From Felis catus (taxonomy: Eukaryota): a stretch of DNA of 64,000 bases. The stretch covers positions 46,192,001 through 46,256,000 of the forward strand of contig NC_058368.1 in assembly GCF_018350175.1 (NCBI RefSeq), written 5' to 3'. Position 1 is the stretch's first letter. Each line of letters starts with the position of its first letter. The notes beneath the pieces are model-generated. The model made no database searches. It had not been told where the DNA came from and saw nothing but the letters and a program-made list of their open reading frames with translations. Positions 39,351 to 51,450 of this stretch are shown piece by piece. The position numbers and the translations under genes were made by a program.

Positions 39351-39582
39351 GGGGCACTCGGGTGGCTCAAATAGTTATGTGTCAGACCCCTGATTTTGGC
39401 TCAGGTCAAGATCGTAGAGTTCGTGAGTTCAAGCCTCATGGTCCATGGGTTCAAGCCTTATGTCGGCCTCTGCGCTGACAGTGTGGGGACTGCTTGGGAT
39501 TCTCTCTCTCCCTCCCTCTCACTCTTGCACCCTTTCTCTTTCTTTCAAAATAAATAAATAAACTTTTTCTAAAAAAATTTTT
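39351..39582 (+). mobile_element. CanSINE with small internal duplication
   Basis: TSD taaaaagcttc(g/a)ctatcctag; the gttcaagcct segment is duplicated. Confidence 0.9.
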
Positions 39583-39869
39583 TAAAAAGCTTCACTATCC
39601 TAGAGAAATTGATTAAACTCTGGCTATAATATCCTTAATAACAGATAACATACCATATGATGTTGTGTATTTCTAGTAACTTGAACATTGCCTGGAATCT
39701 GGAGAGAACTATCAAATTAAGATCACAAAATGAGGGGAAGATCATATGCCCCTGAATGCATACCTTGAGAAAAATACAGTCTCATGCGGGTGGTATATTG
39801 GCTTAGAATATATAAGCTGACCTACTCATGAGGAACTATCAGATGAAAATGATAAACATTCTATTAAGA

Positions 39870-40350
39870 CTGTATTCTTCCAAATGTCAATTTTATAATT
39901 TTTTAAAGTCCAAGGAAGAGCTCAAGATCAAGGAGACTAAAGAGGAAATAACAACTAAATAGAATATGTGATACTAATTTGGATTCAGTAATGCTGTAAA
40001 AATGCTATAAAGGACATGACTGGGTCAAAGCACAAAATTAGAATTTCAACATCAGATCAGATAAGAGTAATGTGTCAATGAAGTATTCACTGAGATGATA
40101 ATTATACTGTGTTTATGTATAAGAGAACACCCTTATTTTTAGTAAATACTTCTTATGTTTGGGCAAATATAGCAGGTAAAGGGCCACGATGTTTACAACT
40201 TATTCTCAAATCCTTCAGAAAATACTATACAAATAGAAATAATTATAAAGCACATGAGACAAAGTATTAACAATAGATGAATCTTGGTAAAGGACATATG
40301 AGAGTTTTAATAGTTTTTTTAATTTTTTTTGAAAGTATGGTTTCCTTTCA
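39870..40350 (+). mobile_element. Old L1 (L1MC/ME-like) 3'UTR
   Basis: aaggagactaaagagg...acaactaaat...gctataaaggaca...caacttattctcaaat...aacaatagatgaatcttggtaaagg. Confidence 0.65.
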
Positions 40351-40937
40351 AATACAACTTAAATAAATAAAATAGTTTGTCTAAATCATACAAAGTTTTA
40401 ATACTTCACCGATACCAGCTATTTGTTAATAACTCATTGAGGATATATACTCTCCACTATCCACATATTCTATTTCACTGATTATGTAGAGAGTATTCTC
40501 ATAGTAAATATTTTCTGCTTAACAACTAGGCTTTTGAGAAATCCTATTCAAGTATTAGATAGTAAGACGACACTTAGTGATTTTGTTAATAGAGTTCCCC
40601 CAAACACCAGATTCAGTTTCATGAAACCTACTGGACTGAGGGTGTGGACATAAGCTGGATTCTGGTCTATTGGTCCATTATGTTTTAATTGTAAATTTAC
40701 AATTGTGAAGTTTATGAAGTCTGCTTAACTGTATTACCTGTTAGTGAGGATTATGCATGCTAATGTGCATTTGTTGGTATAAGGAAAGTACTGTTCTGAT
40801 TAGCTGTGTTTGAAACACAGTTTATTTTTTTAAAGTTTATGAAAAACAAAATAAAAGGAGAACACGAACATCTTTAAAGTTTTGTTTCTGTAAACAAAGA
40901 AAAATTATATTGCTGGTAGGTCTACTTTGGTAAAGTA

Positions 40938-40939
<2 letters not shown>

Positions 40940-40982
<43 letters not shown>
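40940..40982. repeat. (GT)n microsatellite
   Basis: Perfect dinucleotide run. Confidence 0.95.
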
Positions 40983-40983
<1 letters not shown>

Positions 40984-42260
40984 CTAATTAAGCCTTCATT
41001 AGTAAGAAGTGGGAAACCATCACAGTGGTTAATGTACCAGCAAGTGAGAATGGGGTGCTTTGTACTTAGGTTACCTTGTCCTGATTTGGAAGGTGAGACC
41101 TCCCAACTTCAGCAAAGTAAAGCACAGTAAAAATCTCTCATTACTTTCTCCATTCTTCTATTCATTTCTGGAATAAAGACTAAGACACAGGTATGTAAGG
41201 AAATAATCATTTGAGGGCATATCTGAACCTGAAGGATGAGTGGATAAATTATCTACTATGCTTAATTAAAACAGAAAGTAGGAAAAAAAGTGATTTTATT
41301 TGATAAAATAAGATACTGCAGGAAAGGGAAATGGGTCTTTTAAACCAATCATTTGTATCCTTCAGAATTGCAAGACACAGTCAAAACCCTCAGTGAATAA
41401 ATTGTTTTCAGAATAAACTTACGTGTTATCTCTGGGGGAAAAAAGGGGGCAGAAGAACAGCGCTTGCAAACCCTAGTGATTTTAAGTTTGGAGGGAAAAA
41501 TCATCTTTCTTTTAGAAGTTTAACAGTTACTATTTTTCCCATTTTCTCTAGCATGACTAAATAAGCTGTTTTAATAAAGTTATATTTGTTTAGGGAAGCA
41601 CCTGTAAGTGAATTAAGCTCTAAATCTCTAGAGCTTTATTTAACACATTTATACAATCTGAACCAAAATATGGGTCTGGTGCTAAACTTGACAAATGACA
41701 ACCTTACATGACAAAGTCTCAAATTTTTTAAATAAATATGAGAACTATTTTAATGAAAGAAATGACACTTTTGTGGAGAACAGCTTTTCTTTATATCTTA
41801 TCTAAGAATTATCAACTGTTATTTAGACAGTAGGTGGGTAAGAACAGTAACATGTTATACAAGAATTATTAAATAATGTAAACCTTAAAGGCACTAAATT
41901 TCAAAATTAACCCTCAAAAGATCAACCCAGTGAAGTGTAAAATTATATTAAAGAGACAGACTAACAGACAAGAAAATGTGTTGACAGAATGATCATACCT
42001 AAAGAAAGAATATGAAAATCAGTAAGAGTGTTTGTCTAGAAATGTAGCCTAGAGAAAGCAGTTAATCTGGCAAGTTTTACAAATGCTCATGAGAGCACCT
42101 ACCAGGGATAAAGTTCCCTTTAAAGATTGAGGTACACATCTGATCTACCTTTAGATATGTTTTTGCGTCCATAAAATATTTGATTATATAATACTCCTTG
42201 TTCCAATCCCAATCTTGCCAGATAATGCGACAATCTTATTTTCTGCATGCATAGTCACTT

Positions 42261-42839
42261 TGGTAGGAATCTATTAAGATGGCCAATAATGCACCCTGCC
42301 TCCTAATATTCTCATACTTGTGTGGTCCCTGTCTCCTTTAAGTGTGGGCTCTACCTAGTGACTTGCTTCTGATGAAGAGAATATGGCAAAAGGAAAGGAA
42401 AGTCACTTCCAAGATTAGGTCATAAAAACCGACTTTCTTCCTGCTGGCAGGCTCTCTCTCTTTCTCTCTCTGGATCTTCTCACTTGCTCGATCTACTGAA
42501 GCAGGTTGCTGTGTACTGAATTGCCCTATGGAAAGTCCTTGTGGCAAAGAGCTGATGGTGGCCTCTGGCGAATAGCCAACAAGGGAACCGAGGCCCTCGA
42601 TCCAACACTCTTGAAGACAGGAGGCATGCCAACAGCCATGTGAGAAAGCTTGGAAGTGGATCCTGCCTTAGTTGAGTCTAGAGAAAACTGCAGCCCCTTC
42701 CAAAATCTTATTGTAGCCTGGGAGACACCTCAAAGCAGATGACCCAACTAAGCTATTCCCAAATTCTCTCGAGATAATAAATGTTGTAAACCACGAGGTT
42801 TAGAAATAATATGCTGTGCCACAGTGCATAATTAATACT
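42261..42839 (+). mobile_element. MLT1-type (MaLR) solo LTR
   Basis: aagatggcc...cctagtgacttgcttct...aatatggcaaa...gtcacttccaagattaggt...gccaacagccatgtg...gagataataaatgttg...attaatac. Confidence 0.82.
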
Positions 42840-45814
42840 CCTTTCTTTACAAGGAAGATGTGCTGGTCAATGTCACAAATAAATACTTCAGTTCTGTGAC
42901 TTACAGTGTTTTAGTATAGTACCTCAGTTTGCTTTTTTCTGGAACACAGAAAAGATTGATAACCCAACTCTGGGTCATTTTGAATTCACCAGGCCAAATG
43001 CCACTTTGTGAGTTCTCTTGGAAGGTTGCCTATACTTCAGAGAAATAGCAGAACCAACCTGCATGTTTGCCAGTACAATATTGTCTTACAACACCAAACT
43101 AATTTTTAAAAAACTCTGATTTGCCACTAATGAAATGGATTATTCTATACGACAGAATATTTTTACATCTTTAGAGGATTTGTTTAGCCTTTTAAAACTC
43201 AATATTGTATATATGTATATCCATATCCATATATATAAATACATATTACATATGTATATCCTCTGTTAAGTAGAAGTAACTTTACTTATATTACCTTAGG
43301 GCAATTTGATTTACTGGGAATGAAAAATAGGTTTTCCTTAAAGATTGATGATCTTATTTCATGATGTATGGTGGCTTCAGAAATAAAAATGATAATTGTC
43401 AATAGTCTAATTCTTGTAACAAACTTGTCTCAGAATAATAGTCATTGTATCAAATAGTTGACCCAATGTGACAGAACCAACCATCCCAGGAAATTGTAAA
43501 GCTCCATACTGCTGAAGCTATTACCATTTAACGAATTACCAAAAAAGAAAAAGGACCAAAAGAAAAAAAAAAAAGATTCTAGATCTCTCTATTAAAGGCA
43601 CTTGGAAAGATACGAGATTGAAGAAGAAACCAGACAATCTTTTTAATGTTCCTCCAAACTTTTGATTCAGTAGTGGCGATGGGCTAAGTTCAATTTTGAT
43701 TAAACATGGTATCTTGCAATATTTGAAACTGTTGTTTGTCATACTGCATGCTTCCCAAGGAAACAGACATAATTCTTTCTGCAAACTGATCAGGAAATAT
43801 CAACAAAACCAGCCACAAACAATGACAAATGTAAGCCACTAAATGCTTTCTAAAGTGGAAAACAATGAGAAAACAAACAAAAACGGCAAAATGTGCTATT
43901 ACAAAAATATGCAATGCTAATAGATAACTTTACATTTTATGAATTGCCTCTGTCTCTACACACAAAGAATTTCAGGACACATTTGAGCACTCTGGACTGA
44001 CTTACAATTTATGTTTAAGTTCCAATTTGTTCTCAGCATATATTAAAAACCATGAGATTGTCAAATTTCTTTAATTCGATTTCAAAAAATAAACACAAAA
44101 AAGTCTACAAATAAACATTTAAAGTATAATGTAATAAATGTGCATATATTTAGGAAGAAGATAAACGCTGATATATGTATATTTCATGCCTAGTGTCAAA
44201 TTCTGCCCTGGGTCATGGTAACACAGGCCACTGGTTCCATCACAATTAATAGCTTGTGGCTGTGGCCACTGTCAGCATTTCCTTATTTTCCCATCACTAC
44301 CAATTGTGACATGAATAAAATTAACTTATATGTCACCATGTAGATCATTATATCCTGAATTAAGGTTAGACTTCTAGAAGCATTATGAACTTAAGGAACT
44401 CATCTAGGCTTATGTCAAAACTGCTTTACAGTAAAATCTTTATTTTCCCATCAGAGAAACTATAGGTTATTTTTTTAGGGCTAATTCACAGTTACACTTA
44501 GGTAATACCAAATTGCTCAGCCAAAAATGCCTACTTTTATCTTAATATCCTTGATTAATTTCCATTGGGCAAACCTCAGTTCTACCTCTTTTTAAGGAAA
44601 CCTACTTGTAAGCCTTAAGGATATTAACTTGTAAGACTTGATTAATAAATACTGCCTGTTTTCCCACCATAATAGCATTTTGGTGTCTGTATGAAGAGCT
44701 CATTTTAACAGCTCTCTTTAACAGGTTGGTTTTTTGCTACTTCAGTGGTCGGATGAGAATTCTTTCAATGCTTCAACTCTAACCAGACACTTGATGACTT
44801 TATTACCAAATGCTTTATGTATTGGAAACTCATGATGCTCCTAAAGCTTAAAAATATACTGCAGGACTAGTATTATTTTGGTGTAACACACACTTGGTTT
44901 TGATAATTCAAAACACTCTTACATGAACATTTTTTTACTTACTTACCAAGTCCAAAGAATAAGTGTAATTTTTACTTTTCCCTTCATCAAAATAAGAATG
45001 TATTACACTGTTCAAATGATTGCAAAGAATATGTATGCATCAGAGGGAAAGCTAACAACGAGAGTAAATTATTGTTGCTTTTTTGTTTATGACTCTATTC
45101 AATGTAGTTTGATTACTTGAAAGGACTGATATCCAACATATTGCCATATGAAACAATATCATGAAAAATACATGTCTCTTAATGCAAGAGTTGAATTGAC
45201 AGTTTGTCATAGGTAAAATCTGCAGAATCAACAAAGATGCAAAATAAATAAGTCAAAATATGAGTTATCTAATATACCACTACATATTTTTAGCATTCTC
45301 TATTCTAATTTTATGTACGTAATCTAGCACTGTAATTTTTTTGGTCCCAGTTTTATTACATTCACTATAATGGACAAAATTCAACGCTGAGTAATCCATC
45401 CTTTCTGACTGCCATTAAAAAAAAAAAAGAAAGCTACTTTATGTTTTCTCTATTAAAAAAAACTATTAGGTCATTCATTACAAATAAGGATGGTAGAGAA
45501 ATGTATTAACTCAGTCATTTGAGCATTCTTTCCTTCCTAATGTTGCATTTGTTACTCTTTATAGTAACCTTTTCTTGGAGAGGTGGCTTGACACTCTAAA
45601 AGAATGACAATATCAAGATTAGGCAAAGAGATTCTATATTTTCAACCTAAGGCTTTAATGGTGTCCAAAGCTGTATCTCTTGTCTGGTCCTCATGTTCAA
45701 ACTACCTCATACCCACGCTCCAGCTTCACATTCACCTGGACGCTTACTTTACAACTCTATCTAAATGCCCCCAATGACCTGGATCTCTTTCCCTGACTAC
45801 CTACTTTGAATTAC

Positions 45815-46023
45815 AATCAAAAAGAATGAAATCTTGCCATTTGCAACTACGTGGATGAAACTGGCGGGTATTATGCTAAGTGAAATTAGTCAGAGAAAGA
45901 CAAAAATCATATGACTTCACTCATGTGTGGACTTTAAGAGACAAAACAGATGAATACAAGGGAAGGGAAGCGAAAATAATATAAAAACAGGGAGGGGGAC
46001 AAAACAAAAGAGACTCATAAGTA
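45815..46023 (+). mobile_element. Internal carnivore L1 fragment (ORF2 end/3'UTR) lacking poly(A)
   Basis: aaagaatgaaatcttgccatttgcaactacgtggatg...tatgctaagtgaaattagtcagagaaagacaaa..., flanked by tgaattac direct repeats. Confidence 0.85.
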
Positions 46024-48877
46024 TGAATTACCAACCACTGTTTCTGAAGTCATATGTTGTTTTCCCCTTGTCCTTCACTGCTCACTTCCTCTTATTCCTT
46101 GCACAACACCAGAACTCGAATTCTCATTACCTGACTTCTGAGTTCATTACATTCTTCTTTATTCTTATTCTAGACCAACACTTCCCATGCAATGTTTATA
46201 TTGGACTTAGGACTTACTATGTTAATTTCAGATATAAAACAAAGGGGACAAGATTTTTTCATATTATTTTGCAGTAATCATACCAATGAAGTGCTTAACG
46301 AGAAAATTTATTTTCTTTTTCATTTATATTTTATTTATTTCAGATATAAAGCAAGGGGGGCCAGGTGCAAAACAAAGGAAAACAGATAAATATGCGTAAA
46401 TATTATTTAGGTATCTGTTTAATGCCATACTCAGAAGCAAGCATAATATTTATGTATCTTCCATTTGAGAAAATTATATAAAATATGTCAATAATATGGC
46501 TACTCAGAAGATTTAGACTTACATATGTAGACTTAAATGAATCGTTACCAATCACCCAATTGGAATTAATTGGTTTGTTTGTGTTCTGCAAGTACTTTTG
46601 TTTACATTTCAGAAGCACTAGATCAAAGCCGTACTTCTTTAGTAGAGAATGATAGATCTTTTATATCTTAAGGGAAAAACAATAAAGTTTTCTAAATTTC
46701 AGGTTCAATCTGTTAAATTAATTTTAGGCCTTGAATACAGCTTCCCAAAAGTGTACTAGTGAGTCCTTATAAACAACAAAGTTAAAAATAAATCCTATTG
46801 GAAAAACTTCAGAGTATGACTACCTAGAATGTTTATATAGAGTATGTTGGTTTTTAGATACAGAGACATACACGTAGGTATATGATTTGACCATATTTTG
46901 ATTTGTTAAAGTGATTCCTGGTTTCCTGTACAAATTTAATGTGTAAATATTTCATATTTCTATATAACTAAAATTTGATTTTATTCCTACCACCGCTGAG
47001 CAATATCTGGACACCCACAGCTTTATCAAAAAGTATTAACTCAATGCATATTTTACTAGAATTATTTATGTATCTCTATTTCTCACTAGATCAACTATCT
47101 AGAAACGATATCATGTGTATTCATTTTTTAAATAGCCCCAGCACTTGGTGTATAAGCATTTGTTAAAGTGAATTGGTTACAACAGATAGATTTACCAAGA
47201 ATTAGTTACCAGAGACAGTTTGCCAAAGTTCATTCCATGAAATATTATTTTTAATTCAATAAAAAGGTTTTGTAATCAGATGATTTTAGGAAATGCTAAT
47301 TTGACTTTTAAGTGAAATATATCAACTTTAACACAGGACTTTTAGAGTCTTTAGAGTATTAAAAATGAACTTCGAAAATTCAAGAAGATATATATTTTTA
47401 AATGACATTCATTTTTCACAGATGGCCATTTTTAAGTTTTGTTTTCCCAAACTGTTCATGAGATGATTCTCAGAAGAAGACATTGGTATCAGTCTAGAAG
47501 CCATGCTGGAGGAGCATGTTCATCTATCGTTTTTCCATTCCATACTGCAGTGAAGATTTCATAGCAGTGGCAGTGGTCAGAAGGGTTTTAAGAAGAGACA
47601 GGAGGTGACACATATTTATTTTAAAGGGATGAGAATAGAAGTTCTAAGGTTTCATTAAGATTTAAATTTGTGATCTTGGAGTTTCCGTAACTTTCCTTGT
47701 TTGTATTCTGTATTTATTTACTGATTAGCCTAACCATATGAAAATGTGTACCTCCAGTTACTGGTTAGAGAGGGAGAAGACAAAAACCACAGTAGAGAAG
47801 AAACTGAAATTAAAATTAGCACAAAAAATGATTTAAAAATGTCTAGTTTTATATATTCATAGGTTTGTCACATTGCTAACTCATTTCATTCAGAAATCAT
47901 ACATGCTGCAATAGTTAAAAACAATAATCAAAGTCATTGATTTCAAGGCTCAGTAATCTAAACTGTCATTGATCCATTAAATGTTCCTAAAATTGCATGT
48001 ATACTTGGTTCCTAATATTACACCCTGAAAGTGTTAAAATATAAAAGCTTCAGAATAATGACATAAAATTTCACCACTTTGTTGGCTATAAAATTTAACA
48101 TTAAAAAATAATTGAAATGTTTTTGTATTTCCTTTGTTTTGTAAAAACAACTTGCAAAAGGAGCCTATTGAGTTGTGATAATTCACAGCCTTTCTATGTG
48201 AATTGCTGGGTTTAAAGAAATGTCTGTGTTCCAATTTTCTCACAAAGGAATAGAATCATATATTGAAAAAGCTTTCAAAGCAAGGCAACCAAGAACTGCG
48301 TTTGAGATCAAAATGGACAATTACACCAACTAAATATTTAATCATTAACTCAGAAATCAATTCATATGTGACTTAACAAAAACAAAACACAAAAATCTAG
48401 CTATACTGAAACTTAAGTCTATAAACATCCTAAAAATATTGACCTAATTTCGGTATGTTTATTTATAACCACTCAACCATTAATTATCATAACATTTTTG
48501 CTATGTAGATAAATGCTATCATTATTTTTGGAATTAGTTGAGACGTTATCATGGATGTGATTATTATGAGATGAGAGAATGTGGAAACTAAGCTAAATCC
48601 TGTTCCCAGCTTTGTATCAAAATGAGATTTGATCACCTGTTAACATGAGAGCTCATATTCTTTAGTGTCTTTACACTTTTGGATGGATAGTCTGTTGGGG
48701 ATTGAGCCACCCCATTGAGTCTGTTGGGGACTGTTGATGATTTGATATGGGTAACTTTTCGAAAGCCAGTGCAATCAATCAATTCAGTGCAATGGATTCA
48801 CTGCCTTCATTTGCTATATTAGTAGGTGTAACAAAAAGCAATAAGCCACTAGTTAAATTTTGCATGCATTTTAAATC

Positions 48878-48904
48878 TTTTTTTTAAAGTGTATTTAAGA
48901 GTGA

Positions 48905-48950
<46 letters not shown>

Positions 48951-49130
48951 ACATGAGTGTGAGCAGGGGAGGAACAGAGAGAGAGGGAGAGACAGAATCC
49001 CAAGCAGGCTCCATGCTGTCAGCACAGAGCCCCATGCAGGGCTCAAAACAAGGAAGCAAACTGTGAGATCATGACCAAAGGTGAAATCAAGAGTCAAAGG
49101 CTCAAAGGACTGAGCCACCCAGGCACCCCT
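48878..49130 (-). mobile_element. CanSINE
   Basis: (GA)n, SINEC body and TSD-like tgcattttaaa. Confidence 0.9.
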
Positions 49131-49779
49131 TGTCTGCATTTTAAAATCTCATTGTAGGACTTCTACAAATAGTGGAATAATACGACATGTAGAAATAGTT
49201 TTTTAGGGCCCTAGTTTGATTCTGCTACTGGTAACCCTTGGAAAGTTAGCGCAAATATATCACAAATCTCAACTATATCCCACTCAGGAAAAATAAGAAT
49301 TATAAGAAATTCATTCCAAAAGATATATCATAAGCATATAAATGCCATGCCATTAACGTTTTTCTTTTTATATACCATGTTTACTTCACTCTTTTCACTT
49401 ATTGAGTCTTGGAGATATATTAACCAGAATTGTATTTCTTAGTGAAATATAGCCTATGAGCTATAGTATATAATTCATCAACCTTTTGCATTGAAGTACC
49501 TTTTGCAATTCTTGAAATGTTTCTCATTCTAATAATTTAAGTAGTATAATTAGAATTTACAAAATAAATAATTGGGCATTTCTAATCCTTTGCAAATATC
49601 ATACCAATTAAGTGCCCAACACAATGGGATTAATCTGAATTGCAAAAATTTGAAGAAACATGTGGGGAAGTGGGCCTCAAAATTCTATCTCAAAAGTATG
49701 TCGGAAATCAAAGCAGCTAGCGGAAGTCATTGCACTCAATCTAAAAAGCTTGGAGAGCTGTTCTCTTTACTTGAGACTT

Positions 49780-49950
49780 TTTTTTTAAGCTTATTTATTT
49801 TAACAGAGAGCACATGCATGTGAGCAGGGGAGGAGCAGAGAGAGAGGAAGAGAGAGGATCCCTTGATCCTCACATACCAAACCCTGAGATCATGACCCGA
49901 GCCAAAATCAAGAGTCAGATGCTTAACCAACTATGCCACCCAGGAACCCC
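49780..49950 (-). mobile_element. CanSINE (internally deleted)
   Basis: TSD tctttacttg(a/t)gactt and head gccacccaggaacccc. Confidence 0.85.
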
Positions 49951-51229
49951 TCTTTACTTGTGACTTAAATGCTATTTTTAATTTTGTTTATGTGTTGACA
50001 TAACCTGACATACTATGAATTTTTTTGGATTGAGAGAACTTTTCTCTATTATCAAAGACCATAAATAAATATTTATCTTATTCAGACTTCCACAGCATTT
50101 AAAAAAATCTATACTTTTACATAAAGTTCCCTCAGGAAAGAAATATGGTAGTACTGAGTTTATGGTCCCGCTTCGGCAACAGTTGGCTAGAACCCAGAAC
50201 CATCTGTTGGGTTTTGCAGAGGAATATACTTTCTGTTCCCATTGTCTTACATCTAATCTTCTTCTCATTTGTGAATTTTTTCTCCATTCCTAACAGTTTA
50301 TCTAGAGATAATGGCTCACTGAGACATTTCATTTAACATTGCTGGATAATTTATAAAAAGCAGTCAAAAGACTATGATAACTTGAAAGAAAATAGACCTA
50401 GAACTATATTAATCAGTAAAAGTCATTAAGAAAAAATAAAGACATTGAAATTATAATGATAAGTAAATATCATTTCATCATGAAAATCAAATAATTAGCT
50501 CTTAATCTGTTAATATGGGAATTTCATAAGTTAATATAACACCATAGTATGGAATCAAAGTTAAACACAGCAAACCTGATTATGTATGGGAATAATTTAT
50601 GGTCTAAAATCTCCCCATCCAGTGCTCTTTCTCCCAGGGAGAAATAAATAAAGAGTGAGAGTCAGATCCAATAATTTGTAGCCATCATTCATGGTTTTAT
50701 AGGTGTAATTAGTAAGCTTAAGTGGAGATTTACTATCTCTCGAGTATGATTATATATGAATTAGAAGAGTCTGAAGTTGCTCCACACTATATGAAAGTAC
50801 AAACCATATTAAGAGAAATTTGCCAAAATATAATAAAAAATTAAGACACTCTAACACTTGCATCTTAAATGAGTCAAGAATAACTAGTTGATCTTTTATT
50901 TGATTTGCAAAGAGATAAATAAAGAGATAAATCATACTGAATATGTGGCTGCAAATAAATGTCCCCAAACCATATTATTTAAATTGACATAAATATTGAA
51001 ATTCAAACTCTGTCATGAATTTTTTAAATGCCTTGGAAAATCTGGTAAATATAATTTGCATTTTCCAGCTTAAAACATGCTAAAAGAAATAGCATGTGTC
51101 ACATCTGGAAAAAAATCATTGGCTTAAAACAATCTTAAGATCCAAATCATGTTTATTTTTTTACCAAAATGAATACTATTGCAGGTATTATTACATTAAA
51201 TTTGTACATAATGGTGAAAATAGCAGTCT

Positions 51230-51450
51230 TTTAGCATTTAGCCTCTACCAAGCACGTTCTAAGTTCTTTACATACATTAATTCACTTAATTCCATAACAA
51301 CTCTGTGAGGTAGATATTATGATCATTGTCTATGTTTTACATATTAGAATGCCAAAAATCAAACGTTTAATTTACACACTCAGTGTTATACAGATAATAA
51401 ACATCAGTGTGGTGATTTGAACCCAGGCAGTCTGAATCCAGAAACCATAA
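51230..51450 (-). mobile_element. MIR SINE
   Basis: gttctaagttctttacatacattaattcacttaatcc-like start, ctgtgaggtagatattat...gatttgaacccaggcagtctgaatccaga. Confidence 0.8.
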
